Positions 1 through 9,796 of a stretch of DNA of 38,818 nucleotides are shown here, piece after piece. The position numbers were made by a program, and so were the translations under genes. Under the pieces are notes generated by a model, which had not been told where the DNA came from, searched no databases, and was given only the letters and a program-made list of their open reading frames with translations. The DNA lies in the IMG/VR virus record IMGVR_UViG_3300036798_000782, positions 1 to 38,818 of that record; one strand, given 5' to 3'. This DNA comes from a virus. Lineage: Duplodnaviria; Caudoviricetes. Positions within the stretch are counted from its first letter, which is position 1; every line of letters starts with the position of its first letter.

Positions 1-327
1 TCATTTCTTCAACATGTAGATAAACGAATCGACGGTTTCGCCGCCGGTGGTGGTGACGCTGACCGCTACCCGTTCATACCCCTCGCCTTCGAACGCATCG
101 AGAGTCGACCAGTGGTTGACGAGATTAGCTGAACGGAACAGAAAACCGTTCACCCGATTGCCGCTGTTATCCAACACGATGCCCGGGTAGCCCATCTCGG
201 CGCCCCAGCCTTCGTTAAGCAGCGATCCGCCAACGCTGCCTTCTTCCCAGCTGCCGCCGATAGCTTCCATTATGTGTGCGTTGGGTCTGCCTGGCCCCAG
301 GGTGCCGTAAACGAATAAGCTTTGCAT
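1..327 (-). CDS. Host gamma-glutamylcyclotransferase-like (AIG2/YtfP family) protein
   Basis: N-terminal LFVYGTL motif and LDAFEGEGYER motif; lies outside the att core. Confidence 0.85.
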   Translation of the reverse strand: MQSLFVYGTLGPGRPNAHIMEAIGGSWEEGSVGGSLLNEGWGAEMGYPGIVLDNSGNRVNGFLFRSANLVNHWSTLDAFEGEGYERVAVSVTTTGGETVDSFIYMLKK

Positions 328-459
328 TTTTCATTCTGCCACTGACTGAAAGTTAGCGAACGAACATAGCACGACGCGCAGCGGCGAGCCAACGGGAGTA
401 CGGGTTACGCAGTCGAGTTTTCAAGGGAACAAGTAGGGGGAAGAAAATCAAGGGAGTAA

Positions 460-504
460 TGGCACGCCCTATAGGATTCGAACCTATGACCTACGGCTTA
501 GAAG
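460..504 (-). tRNA. argU: 3' half of tRNA-Arg(UCU), argU-type; prophage att core duplication, not a full tRNA
   Basis: Reverse complement CTTCTAAGCCGTAGGTCATAGGTTCGAATCCTATAGGGCGTGCCA gives anticodon loop TCT, T-arm GGTTCGAATCC and CCA end; the 5' half is absent. Confidence 0.9.
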
Positions 505-557
505 TTCCTAGAATCAACATTTAACACAGTAACTTACCGCATCAAACCGCGCTCACA

Positions 558-630
558 CGTCCCAAGATGCAAAAAGATGGAAAACCATATCAACAGATGT
601 GAAAACATCCTTGTCCCATATTTGTCCCAT
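558..630. repeat. att arm region: GTCCCA integrase arm-type repeats and AGATGNAAAA direct repeats
   Basis: GTCCCA near 559 and TTGTCCCAT at 611 and 622. AGATG(C/G)AAAA at 565 and 575, AGATGTGAAAA at 595. A matching GTCCCA pair lies at 38777/38788. Confidence 0.65.
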
Positions 631-646
631 TAGGCATTGCTAACAA

Positions 647-2779
647 TTATGTCCCCCGCGTGGTTAGCTGTGACCATCCACCGGCAGTAAATGTAAAATC
701 AACTCCTTCGTTTGCTCGAGGGTCGGGATTCTGCGTTCTTGCCCCAATCCATGGTGCGGATGTTGGCAGCCTCCAGGCCGACTTTGTGCCATTAATTCGG
801 ACATTATTCAGTAACCACACCCCTGCAGCAGCCCCTGATAAAGTGTAATTTCCCGGAACAAGTATGTCTAAAAATGAAACATCAACATTTGTCCCGGTTA
901 TATTTATGGATTGAATCCTTGTTTGGCTAAAATCTGCCCTATAGTTGTTATCTACAGTTATCCCAGACTGTATAAACCCTCCGTTTATATATGCTCTCTC
1001 GCCTACAAAATGAGGCTCTCCATTAAATGTACAATTGGTATATGTAGTCGTCTGTAATGGCTGTATGCTGAACGTATTTCTAAAAAGACAATTGTATATT
1101 TTGCATACGTTATTTATCACATTTGTAAAATTCCCTCCGTTAATTGATGAGGTCGGGTCTTCTCCAGTGAAATCGCCTGAAACCTCAACTCTATTAACGG
1201 TGCATCTTGCATTTGCTACAACCTTTAGGTTTTTTGCGTAAACAACGCCATTACTCCCACCCAAGGGCCCTGGGTCTCCTGACATTAAAACTATTGTACC
1301 CCTAGGAGACCCAAGAGTGTCTGACGATGTGTCAACAGCTCCAAAGGCATGAATATGCTCTAACGGGTTTGTTGGAACTATATCAACGCTTACGTTTCCT
1401 ATGCCACCGCCCACGGATGAGAAGTATGAATTAACACGCCCAAATCCAGTCCTTGTTTCAAATGCTTTAGGGCTTGCTGGGCTCGTAGTTACAATTGTTA
1501 GCTCTTCATGAACTCGCAGCAGACGCAATTTGCTACCAACTACCATCCAAGCTTTTTCAGAGCAATCATGCGCCATAATCCCGCCAATGGTCAGGGCATT
1601 GCTCTCATCAGCGCCGGCCATATTGTCGAAAACAGAAACCTCAACTCCAAATCTTGTTATATCGCCACATCGCTCAGCTTCGATAATATCTATTTTGCTA
1701 TCATAGCAGCATGCAAGATGAACGCCACGACCAATAAAACCATAAGCCTTCAATCTTCCTACTCTACTGCGAGTAAATGTCAGACGCATACCTTGTACCG
1801 ATCCGGAACGAGAAACCAGATTGACAACCTCAACCGATCCATTCCAATCAATATTTCCATACGTCGAACCTGGAATGTATCTCCCTTGAGAGTCAAATCT
1901 CGCATTATCTGCTCTCACGGCCACACCAACTCCAGTGGGATCGCTAAAGAGAGTTCCATTCACATAAATAGTCAGATTTCCGACAATGTGACGAAGATTT
2001 GAAAGGTCTAGTGGCTTAGTGATATAGATGCCACTGTCAGAGTACATTGCGTTTCCGGTTTGCGTTACATTCAGCGTCAGTGTTGAGTTGCTTGCCACGC
2101 AATAATTAACTAAAGACTGCAGATTATCTGAGTAATCAACAAACGTCGTCAATAACCTATTTTGTAGTTTTATACCGTAAAGCTCTGGAGTTATGGTTGA
2201 TACTTTACGTTTCCATATATACTGCGGGCTACTTCTAAATACCATTCCGCCATCGTCGGCAGTTATCGTATCAGCGACGGACTCCAAAAAACCACCACCA
2301 AACCCTGCCTCGCCAGGGTAGTAACCCTCAAGGCTAATCAGCTGTGCATTGCGTGATGGGACAATCGTTCTTAAAGTGTTTACGTCTGGGCACCGGCCAA
2401 TTAATTTGAAACCATCTGGCCCAGATAGCTGCTGACGTAGCTGGTCTGGGTCATATTTCAAAACGTTTGGAAAATAAAACTGCTGCGTTCCGTAGGAGTC
2501 ATAAACAGCCATGCTATGGCCTTCTACAGTAACAAATTTAGAAATCTGTCCGCTGTATACTGGATAGCCACCTGCGTTAATCATGATCGGCTGAGCCATT
2601 GGAACAAGCGATCCATCCTCGTTCTCCACATAAACCTGAATCTGGTTCTCCGGGATGGTTGGGTCAGTATCAATCTTGCCGATGTAAATCCTGCCGTTAG
2701 CTGCAGCTTTAAAAGAGCGAGCCAGCGTGAACAGTTGCGAAGGCATCGAGACGACAACGTTAGGGACGATATCGGCCAT
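647..2779 (-). CDS. Tailspike with P22-type head-binding domain and a divergent receptor-binding/depolymerase domain
   Basis: N-terminus [18 protein letters not shown]...LKYDPDQL matches the P22 gp9 head-binding domain; the rest is beta-strand rich and lower in GC. Confidence 0.92.
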   Translation of the reverse strand: MADIVPNVVVSMPSQLFTLARSFKAAANGRIYIGKIDTDPTIPENQIQVYVENEDGSLVPMAQPIMINAGGYPVYSGQISKFVTVEGHSMAVYDSYGTQQFYFPNVLKYDPDQLRQQLSGPDGFKLIGRCPDVNTLRTIVPSRNAQLISLEGYYPGEAGFGGGFLESVADTITADDGGMVFRSSPQYIWKRKVSTITPELYGIKLQNRLLTTFVDYSDNLQSLVNYCVASNSTLTLNVTQTGNAMYSDSGIYITKPLDLSNLRHIVGNLTIYVNGTLFSDPTGVGVAVRADNARFDSQGRYIPGSTYGNIDWNGSVEVVNLVSRSGSVQGMRLTFTRSRVGRLKAYGFIGRGVHLACCYDSKIDIIEAERCGDITRFGVEVSVFDNMAGADESNALTIGGIMAHDCSEKAWMVVGSKLRLLRVHEELTIVTTSPASPKAFETRTGFGRVNSYFSSVGGGIGNVSVDIVPTNPLEHIHAFGAVDTSSDTLGSPRGTIVLMSGDPGPLGGSNGVVYAKNLKVVANARCTVNRVEVSGDFTGEDPTSSINGGNFTNVINNVCKIYNCLFRNTFSIQPLQTTTYTNCTFNGEPHFVGERAYINGGFIQSGITVDNNYRADFSQTRIQSINITGTNVDVSFLDILVPGNYTLSGAAAGVWLLNNVRINGTKSAWRLPTSAPWIGARTQNPDPRANEGVDFTFTAGGWSQLTTRGT

Positions 2780-2838
2780 TTATTTTCTCCAGGCGTGCGG
2801 AATCCCCACAGGTCACGCCTGCGGTGGTTTTTAGGTAT

Positions 2839-2866
2839 AAAAAAAGCCCGACTAAGTTAGCCGGGC
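2839..2866 (-). terminator. Rho-independent terminator after the small membrane-peptide gene
   Basis: Minus strand GCCCGGCTAAC-TTAGTCGGGC followed by T7. Confidence 0.8.
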
Positions 2867-2883
2867 CCTGGTGTTGGATGCTG

Positions 2884-2976
2884 TTACATGTAGTGAATTA
2901 TTAGAATGATCATTACCCAGAATGCTAAGCAAAATGCTACGACTGCAAGCCAGGTATTACGGCGATTCCATCTCAT
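2884..2976 (-). CDS. 30-aa single-TM membrane peptide, YmiA-like (MRWNRRNTWLAVVAFCLAFWVMIILIIHYM)
   Basis: Translated by hand. AAGGTGG RBS, own terminator, basic N-terminus and a WLAV..FW hydrophobic helix. Confidence 0.7.
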   Translation of the reverse strand: MRWNRRNTWLAVVAFCLAFWVMIILIIHYM

Positions 2977-3046
2977 TTTTTCCACCTTTTGTACTGCTAT
3001 GCACGACACTACTAATCGGTGGGTAAATCATCAAATTGGAACTACA

Positions 3047-3084
3047 GATCAATAACTTGATATTGATCGGTCGTGACGATCGAT
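3047..3084. promoter_or_regulatory. GATC cluster with GATCG-N7-CGATC, a putative OxyR/Dam-type site
   Basis: GATC at 3047, 3065 and 3078; GATCGGTCGTGACGATC at 3065-3081. Confidence 0.5.
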
Positions 3085-3187
3085 TTGTGTAAGGTGTTGA
3101 TAGATATAAAAGATACCATTTTGGTACTATTGTTCACCCATACAGTTAACCATATCATGCCGATCCGTCCATTGGTGAGGCAGAGCT

Positions 3188-3439
3188 ATGGAAGATTTAG
3201 AGACGCAGTTTCATCTAAGATTGCCAAAGGAGACTCATGGCAAAGTTAAGCAGCGTGCCAAAATGAATGGACGTTCGCTCAACGCAGAGATCACGCTGAT
3301 AATCGAAGAAGCGCTGGCGCAACCGCCGAAAATAACCGGCTTTCGCGACGACGCCGAGCGCCTGGCGCACGAACACGCCGAGCAGTTCAAAAAGGTTGTG
3401 GTCGAAACGTTAACCACGATATATCGGAAAGACGAATAG
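3188..3439 (+). CDS. mnt: Arc/Mnt-family ribbon-helix-helix repressor (Mnt-like)
   Basis: QFHLRLP..AKMNGRSLNAEI motif and a Mnt-like C-terminus (FRDDAERLA..FKKVVVETL); immI position. Confidence 0.85.
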   Translation: MEDLETQFHLRLPKETHGKVKQRAKMNGRSLNAEITLIIEEALAQPPKITGFRDDAERLAHEHAEQFKKVVVETLTTIYRKDE

Positions 3440-3476
3440 CCCCATGCTATGCTTAGCGAAAACATAGGAGGATTAC

Positions 3477-3941
3477 GTGAGCGACCAGCAACAAAATGTA
3501 ATCTACAAAGATATAAAAAAAGTTTTGAAATGGATTGCTTTTTCAATAATAGTTGTTTTTATTATTTCATTGGGCTGGATCACTATTGATGTCGTAAAAA
3601 ATAATTTCGACAAACAGTCAAGAGAGGCGGAAATCTTTGACAAGGCGATCCCATTTGCATCATCACATACCCCATGGATTTATACTAGAGATGACTTTGG
3701 AAAAGAGAGCAAGTTAAGCCTATGGTTTATAGGTGATACCGACCAGCATGCGATCATAAAAGTTGGCGAAGATTATTCAGTATACTCCACAACTACTGAC
3801 ATGCACGGAAGCATAAATTTCAATCATGTGGCCGGAGAAATATGTAGCTATGCATCTGCTTACTTGAATGATGGGATGGTTGCCGGTGTTCAATGTGAAA
3901 ACAAATCATATTCCGGTGGGCCGTGGAACAAGTTCAGATAA
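3477..3941 (+). CDS. Accessory membrane-anchored protein, unknown function (sieA-like position)
   Basis: GGAGG RBS with GTG start; one N-terminal TM helix; AT-rich; opposite strand to the late operon. Confidence 0.7.
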   Translation: MSDQQQNVIYKDIKKVLKWIAFSIIVVFIISLGWITIDVVKNNFDKQSREAEIFDKAIPFASSHTPWIYTRDDFGKESKLSLWFIGDTDQHAIIKVGEDYSVYSTTTDMHGSINFNHVAGEICSYASAYLNDGMVAGVQCENKSYSGGPWNKFR

Positions 3942-3961
3942 ACCATTTATACACCTTAGCA

Positions 3962-5776
3962 CTACTGTTGAGTTGCTTGGTTAGATAACAATGGCCTAAT
4001 AGCCACTGCTGCCTGGTTTAAAGCTTTTTCATATGCAGGCGTTCCGGCCTTAGTGGCAGCCAGGCGCAATAACATATTGCGCACTGGCTTGCTCTCATAA
4101 ACTCTGGTCATTAGGCCATAACCCGCTTCTGCGGCCAGCGATGACCCCATAGATGGAAGTGCGGCACCTATCCTGATTGGGTTTGCCAGTGACTGCCCTG
4201 TTTGCGTAACCACATTCGCAGCGTCTGCGCGAGATGTAGCCCGCAAAACATCGTGAAGGGCATCAAGTTCTTTCATATGCCTCCCGCTGAAAATTGTGCC
4301 ATATATTTCGCCTCCAGACTGAGACTTCAGCTTATTAACCTCCGTGATAAATTTCGCCGGAGAATCACCTACCTTCTCAGAAATCTTGCTGATATATGCA
4401 GCACGCATAGCGTCTTTGCCCTTCTGGTCCAGAGCTCCCCATATACGCTGAATATCTGACGGCTTGCGACTATAGACAACAGAGTTTATCAGCTCAGGCG
4501 TGGCATCTCTGCTGGCCTGGTTCAGGGTGTTGGCAATCCGTTTATTAAGCACCTTATTAAATACATTGGCATAGTCGGAGTTGGCTTTCACGTATGAAAC
4601 AGCATCCTGTGCACCAAGTGAATTGCCAACAGCTTTGCGAAGATCGCGACTCATTGCATTTTCTACCATATTGGTAGCCGCTTTAGCTTGATTTGGGAAG
4701 ACCATTGCATCACCTTGGACGTTTGATCTAAATGCTGTCCGATGCTGTCTTAGTAGGTCAAAATCGACGTTACCGCCTTCTACTTCCCCTCTTAGGTTTT
4801 TCAGAGAGTTAAGTAGCCCTTGATTAGCTGAAGTCCCCAGCCTCTCCTGACGAGCAATGGCAGTGTTCAGCGCATTGATGGTATTGGTGGTATCAACTGG
4901 GGCGCTACCCATCTTCTGCGTGATGTTATCAATCGCCGAACCTGCAGCATCTTTCCTACTGCGAAGGGTTGAAGTAAGCGAGTTAACAACATCATCAGGG
5001 TTATACTCGCCGAATCGGTCAAAGTAGTTCCTGACGAGATTGCTACGGCTGGCATACTGCTGAGCCCTTTGTGACCCAGTTCCGAGCAACGCGCCCTCTC
5101 CGCCCTGGACAAGCCCTTTACCTAATGCACCCATTTCCCCAACAGGCCTTGCCACATCGGAAGTCATAGGGGTGAGCCCCATACTCTCAGCGCTATCGAT
5201 GATCTGTCTTGCCTCGGGAGCGATCTCTCCGCGAACTGCGGTAATTCCTCGGCCAATTCCCTTTGCTGCCGCAGACAATAAACCTTGCGCTCCGAGGTTA
5301 ACTGCTGCATTGGTAGCAGCATTTTGAGCAAAATCTCCTTCTTGGTTTCCGGCCTCTGCTAGCGATCCAAGTGCCATGTTGCCCGCCATCCCCAGCCCAG
5401 GAGTTAGATAGCCACCAATGGCCTCACCGGCTTGCGCATATGGATCGGTTGGGCGATCTACAGGACGGTAAACATCATCAAGAACCTTAGGCCCTCCTAT
5501 CCCTTGGCTGATAGCGTTAATTAGGCTTGCACCGCCCTGCAGAACGTCGAATGGGATATTGACCAAGCCACGCGCTGCTTGCTCTGCATTATCCAGCATT
5601 GTGGGAGCATTATTTACTGGATTGGTCGGCTGAACGGCTGGTGTTTCTAGTGTCGAGCTCTGTTGTGCAGGGGTTGTTTGCCCAGCAAAGTATTCATCAA
5701 TGGCGGATCCAATATCTTCAGTGCTGGTGCCATCAGGGAACGTAAACGTCTTCCCATTTGCCGTAACTTTCATCAT
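3962..5776 (-). CDS. DNA ejection (pilot) protein, gp16-like
   Basis: [23 protein letters not shown]-terminus; third ejection gene by position; 604 aa. Confidence 0.85.
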   Translation of the reverse strand: MMKVTANGKTFTFPDGTSTEDIGSAIDEYFAGQTTPAQQSSTLETPAVQPTNPVNNAPTMLDNAEQAARGLVNIPFDVLQGGASLINAISQGIGGPKVLDDVYRPVDRPTDPYAQAGEAIGGYLTPGLGMAGNMALGSLAEAGNQEGDFAQNAATNAAVNLGAQGLLSAAAKGIGRGITAVRGEIAPEARQIIDSAESMGLTPMTSDVARPVGEMGALGKGLVQGGEGALLGTGSQRAQQYASRSNLVRNYFDRFGEYNPDDVVNSLTSTLRSRKDAAGSAIDNITQKMGSAPVDTTNTINALNTAIARQERLGTSANQGLLNSLKNLRGEVEGGNVDFDLLRQHRTAFRSNVQGDAMVFPNQAKAATNMVENAMSRDLRKAVGNSLGAQDAVSYVKANSDYANVFNKVLNKRIANTLNQASRDATPELINSVVYSRKPSDIQRIWGALDQKGKDAMRAAYISKISEKVGDSPAKFITEVNKLKSQSGGEIYGTIFSGRHMKELDALHDVLRATSRADAANVVTQTGQSLANPIRIGAALPSMGSSLAAEAGYGLMTRVYESKPVRNMLLRLAATKAGTPAYEKALNQAAVAIRPLLSNQATQQ

Positions 5777-7236
5777 TCCACCTTAAACTGAATGCCTGAT
5801 TTAGTGGTGTGAGTTCCTGCAGGAGTTGTTGCTGCCTGTTGACTTGATGGCTGACGTTTACCGCCAACATTTACTTGGTATTGCTGATTGTAGTTGTCTG
5901 TATATTCTTGGATATCTCGCAGAGACTGTTGCATAGATGCAGGGCTTGAGTAGTCAACCTGTGGCATGCCCTGGAAGTACATTTTCGCCTCTGCAACGGT
6001 ATTAATCCCGCTCGCCCCCATATCCCTTGCCGCAGCTACGCCTTGGTTCTGCATGCGACCTTGAATGCGTCTTGATGCATTATAAAGTTGTCGCTGATCT
6101 TTATTTCCTGGAAGCCTGCTCCTTAATTCAGCGTCAACAGATGGCGTCCCTGACCCACCAGTAACACCAGTCATGAAGCCAAGCTGGCTAGCATCGGCAT
6201 TGGCGATCGCGTCAATATCTTTACGCATCGCGTAGTTTTGCGCGTTTGCTGCAGATGTTGGAGGGGCTGAGATTGCGCTGGCAGGCACTCGAACCATATT
6301 CCCGTTATCATCCTTGCCTTCATAGAATGCATTGGCACCTTGGCCATGCAGCTTCCCTGATACGGTTACTGTTCTCCCGTCTGATAATTGGACTGTGTTG
6401 TCGGCGTCACCACCTGGCCGCCCCCTGACTCGCAGATATGTTTGCTGCTGTTCAGGGGAAAGGCTGTTGAAGTACTGATATTCTCTTACGCTGGCTGGAA
6501 CTGCGCCGCCGGCGCTGCGCATTGAGTTCTGTGCGCTAATATCCTGGCCGCGCATCGTGATGTTCTGCCCACGAATCGTATTAGCTTCGCTCGCCTGATT
6601 GCTGCGGACGGTTTCATCCAGCCTTCCTTGCTCCAGTCTGCGCCCCTGCTGCTTATCGAGCACGTCGAAATACTTATCATGCCCAAGGGAGAATAGAGCC
6701 AGATTTCCTGCAAAGTCAGAGAAGCCTTTCGGATCTTGCTGCTGCATAGCGGCTACATCTACCGGATTTAAACCAACTCGCTGCATATCAGCAGCATTAT
6801 CTACGAGATATTTTCCGAACGCTGCTTGGCCTTGTGATGATGCTAATTGCGCACGAGTAGCCAGATTTCCGATGGTGTTACGCTGGTCATCGTCGATAAA
6901 TCCCATGCCGTTGCGCACTGCCTCAAACTGATCAGGGAATTGCGCTGCCAGGTCACGCATTGCATTACGATCGCCAGATTTGAAAGCATTGGCATATTGC
7001 TGCTGAAACGCTTGCTGGCGTTGCTGTTGCTGTTGCTGGTTGTAAATATCAGCGACACCTGACAGCCCGCGCAAACCGGTAAGAGCAACATTGTTCGCGC
7101 CGGAGCGTGCAAGCTCGTTGTTGTCTCGTATCAGGCCTAGCGTAGTGTTGATATCGCTTGCTTGTGGCGCGTTGATATTTTGACGGCCAATGCCAGCCAG
7201 CAACCCGCCGCCATTACTTTCTTGCCATGTAGCCAT
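5773..7236 (-). CDS. DNA ejection protein, gp20-like
   Basis: [20 protein letters not shown] start typical of gp20; Q-rich; start overlaps the gp7 stop. Confidence 0.85.
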   Translation of the reverse strand: MATWQESNGGGLLAGIGRQNINAPQASDINTTLGLIRDNNELARSGANNVALTGLRGLSGVADIYNQQQQQQRQQAFQQQYANAFKSGDRNAMRDLAAQFPDQFEAVRNGMGFIDDDQRNTIGNLATRAQLASSQGQAAFGKYLVDNAADMQRVGLNPVDVAAMQQQDPKGFSDFAGNLALFSLGHDKYFDVLDKQQGRRLEQGRLDETVRSNQASEANTIRGQNITMRGQDISAQNSMRSAGGAVPASVREYQYFNSLSPEQQQTYLRVRGRPGGDADNTVQLSDGRTVTVSGKLHGQGANAFYEGKDDNGNMVRVPASAISAPPTSAANAQNYAMRKDIDAIANADASQLGFMTGVTGGSGTPSVDAELRSRLPGNKDQRQLYNASRRIQGRMQNQGVAAARDMGASGINTVAEAKMYFQGMPQVDYSSPASMQQSLRDIQEYTDNYNQQYQVNVGGKRQPSSQQAATTPAGTHTTKSGIQFKVE

Positions 7237-7934
7237 TAGAATCCAAGCCCCCCTAGCAACCCTAAACCGCCGCCGATAGCCGCACCCCACGGAGTGGATG
7301 AACCAATCAATTTGGCAATGCCTCCGCCAAGCAATGCACCAGAAGCGCCGCCGCTAATTCCTTGCTGGAACGACGATGGTCTATTACCGGCTGCTGCAGC
7401 CAATCCAGCACCTTGCATGGATAGCTGGCCTGCACTATTAGCGAAGTTCTGACCAGCGTTCGCTTGTCCCTGCAGCGCGCCAAGACCAATGTTTGCCAGA
7501 TTGTTGTAGTTGTTCATCTGGCCTGAAAGCCAGTTTTGCCCCAGCGTAGGAGCGATTGTCGCCAATCCGTTGCTGGTAGCGGTGCTGCCAAGTCCGCCAG
7601 TTGCTTCCGCTGATGCCAGTTGCTGGTATCGCGCCTGATTGGCAAGGTCTTTGTATTGGCCGGAGTTGTAATAATCGTTCAACGCTGATTGCTGGCCACC
7701 GAGCGTCGAAAGGTTTTGCAGCTGACCGATATATTGCTGAGCCAGTGGAGTGAATGGCGCCAGATTGCCCATGATGCGCTCAAACTGCTGATTTTGCAGG
7801 TCAGCGGCGTATTTCGTTGCATCCGCTGCAGCGCCAGCGCCGCCATCGCCACCACCACCTTTGCCGCCCTTTTCAGCATGCACGGGTTCTTCCCGCAACA
7901 TGTATTTGCGGTTGAATTTCATTGCAAAATGCAT
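7236..7934 (-). CDS. DNA ejection protein, gp7-like
   Basis: [21 protein letters not shown] motif; Gly/Ala-rich C-terminus. Confidence 0.9.
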   Translation of the reverse strand: MHFAMKFNRKYMLREEPVHAEKGGKGGGGDGGAGAAADATKYAADLQNQQFERIMGNLAPFTPLAQQYIGQLQNLSTLGGQQSALNDYYNSGQYKDLANQARYQQLASAEATGGLGSTATSNGLATIAPTLGQNWLSGQMNNYNNLANIGLGALQGQANAGQNFANSAGQLSMQGAGLAAAAGNRPSSFQQGISGGASGALLGGGIAKLIGSSTPWGAAIGGGLGLLGGLGF

Positions 7935-7948
7935 AGCGTGATTCCTAT

Positions 7949-8446
7949 TTATATATGGTCAATGCCATTTAGGTTCTTGGCTAATCTGACTGCTAAATCA
8001 GCCTGCTCCGCCGTATCATGATATCCCAGACTCACTCTCTTCTTATCTTTCCAAAAGAAGGCCCAGTACTTTTTCCTATCCTTGTAGTAATAAACACCTT
8101 TAAAGCCAGTGCTATTATCAGACCTTAATTTTGTGTTAAAAGCATTAATGCTTCGCGAAACTACTCTTAGGTTTCGTATTGCGTTATTTGTACGGCATCT
8201 ATCAATATGGTCAATTTCACCATCTGGAAGTTCACCATAGTAGTATAGCCATGCAAGCCGATGAGCGGTGATTAGCTTTCCTGCTACGCGTATTGCTATG
8301 TATCCATTTGACGGAATGACGTACTTGCACTCATCACCCTTTTTTCGTCCGCCAGTAGAAACCTTCCAGGTAAATAATCCAGAGTCAATATTATAGTCAA
8401 GTAGGCCTTTTAAGACTTCCTGCGTTACTGCATGATTCTTCTTCAT
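7949..8446 (-). CDS. Free-standing HNH homing endonuclease with AP2-like C-terminus
   Basis: AHRLAW..IDHIDRCRTNNAIRNLR..N.TGFKGV motifs. Confidence 0.9.
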   Translation of the reverse strand: MKKNHAVTQEVLKGLLDYNIDSGLFTWKVSTGGRKKGDECKYVIPSNGYIAIRVAGKLITAHRLAWLYYYGELPDGEIDHIDRCRTNNAIRNLRVVSRSINAFNTKLRSDNSTGFKGVYYYKDRKKYWAFFWKDKKRVSLGYHDTAEQADLAVRLAKNLNGIDHI

Positions 8447-8888
8447 GTAATGACCCCAGTATTTCTTCTTTTGTTGCGGAATATATTACCACATCGTCAG
8501 TTCCGCAGAAATACTTTGGTATAACACCAACTCTTTTTAGCCCTATGAGGGTGCAATACATCTGACCATACCTAAACTTATTAGATGCAAATGATGTAAT
8601 ACACATTGCATTTGTATTTTTAAGTAAGAATGAAAGAAATCCTTTCCCTATAGCAACGCTCTTCTTTCTTACTTCTTTTAAAAGCATTGCATGGCAGTCA
8701 TAAGACATCGGCTGGACTTCTTCGGTGTAAATTATCCCACCAAATACTCCATCGCAATGGACTTCGAAGTATATCTTCTCTCTATTCCACCAAAATCTCT
8801 GACCGTTATTGCTCCCTGCGATGATGTCGGGATGGTTGCCGACAGCCTCAATCAGATCGATGTTCCGCGTTGGTTTGAATTCAATCAT
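8397..8888 (-). CDS. P22 gp14-like virion assembly protein
   Basis: MIEFKPTRNIDLIEAVGNHPDIIAGSNNG N-terminus; lies between gp26 and gp7. Confidence 0.88.
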   Translation of the reverse strand: MIEFKPTRNIDLIEAVGNHPDIIAGSNNGQRFWWNREKIYFEVHCDGVFGGIIYTEEVQPMSYDCHAMLLKEVRKKSVAIGKGFLSFLLKNTNAMCITSFASNKFRYGQMYCTLIGLKRVGVIPKYFCGTDDVVIYSATKEEILGSLHEEESCSNAGSLKRPT

Positions 8889-9796
8889 TAGTTAATCAAC
8901 CCGTGAGCCCTCAGGTCATCCTCTAACGCCTTAATGCGCTGGCGAGCCTGAGTGAGTGAGTTGGCGATCTGCTGTATCTGTACGATGTCCAGAATGCCAA
9001 TCGTCCACGCCTGGTTAGCGTCGAATGTCCCGCGATACGCAGTGCCGGTTGCTGCCGTCCACCCTGTTCGTTGCGCTCCCACAACCTGAATGCCTGCCAC
9101 TTTGTATGAAGCGGCATTAACGCTGCCGCCGACTTGCAGCTTGTCAGTGGTTGGCGTTGCAATGTTGCCTACGAGGAACGAACCGCCAGATGCCTGAACC
9201 GATTGGCTCGTTGAGACGGCTTTGGATACATAGTTGGTTTCGATGGTTGAAACCTTTCCCTGCAGAGTGGTTATATTGCCTTCCGCCGTGGTAACTCGCG
9301 TTGTCAGCGTGGCAACATTGCTCTGTAGTCCGGTTATTGCGCTTTCTGCGGTGACCATTCTCACAGTGAGAGCGGAGATGTCGGTCGTGTTCTGGGTGAT
9401 GCGCGTTTCGTGATCTGCCAGTTCTGCTTCGTTGGCCGTAATACGCGTTTCGTGGTCTGCTAACTCTGCTTCTGCGGCTGTGATTCGCGCCTCATGATCA
9501 GCCAGGGTCGCTTCAGCAGCTGTGATGCGCTGCTCATGGTTGATGAGCGTTTGCTCTGCAGCCTCAATCCTGGTTTCGTGGTCTGCCAGCACCAAATCCT
9601 GCTCATCGTTCTTCTTCTGCGCATCCCACGCCCCCTGCCCAGCCTCGTTTGCCTTTCCTGCTACGTTACCCAGGTCTGTTCCTTGTTGAATAACGTAAAG
9701 CAGGTAAGGCTGAGAGAAGATGTTGCGAGGTAGGAGAGTGGCATCGATGCGCGTAGCCTGGATGATTACCGGTTCTTTCAATCCATCATCAGCCAT
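8888..9796 (-). CDS. Tail needle protein gp26 with extended coiled coil
   Basis: ATRIDATLLPRNIFSQPYLLYVI N-terminus; heptad repeats; IKALEDDLRAHGLIN tip. Confidence 0.92.
   Translation of the reverse strand: MADDGLKEPVIIQATRIDATLLPRNIFSQPYLLYVIQQGTDLGNVAGKANEAGQGAWDAQKKNDEQDLVLADHETRIEAAEQTLINHEQRITAAEATLADHEARITAAEAELADHETRITANEAELADHETRITQNTTDISALTVRMVTAESAITGLQSNVATLTTRVTTAEGNITTLQGKVSTIETNYVSKAVSTSQSVQASGGSFLVGNIATPTTDKLQVGGSVNAASYKVAGIQVVGAQRTGWTAATGTAYRGTFDANQAWTIGILDIVQIQQIANSLTQARQRIKALEDDLRAHGLIN
9378..9590 (-). repeat. About five degenerate 42-bp (14-aa) tandem repeats in gp26
   Basis: LADHETRIEAAEQT / LINHEQRITAAEAT / LADHEARITAAEAE / LADHETRITANEAE / LADHETRITQNTTD; boundaries approximate. 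Confidence 0.8.

Noticed and set aside
460-504. Intact tRNA-Arg gene
   Set aside because: Only the anticodon-to-CCA half is present; it is the att duplication.
7010-7045. CAG/CAA repeat (also near 13585-13610) as a contingency locus
   Set aside because: In-frame poly-Gln tracts usual for gp20 and scaffold proteins; they cannot shift the frame.
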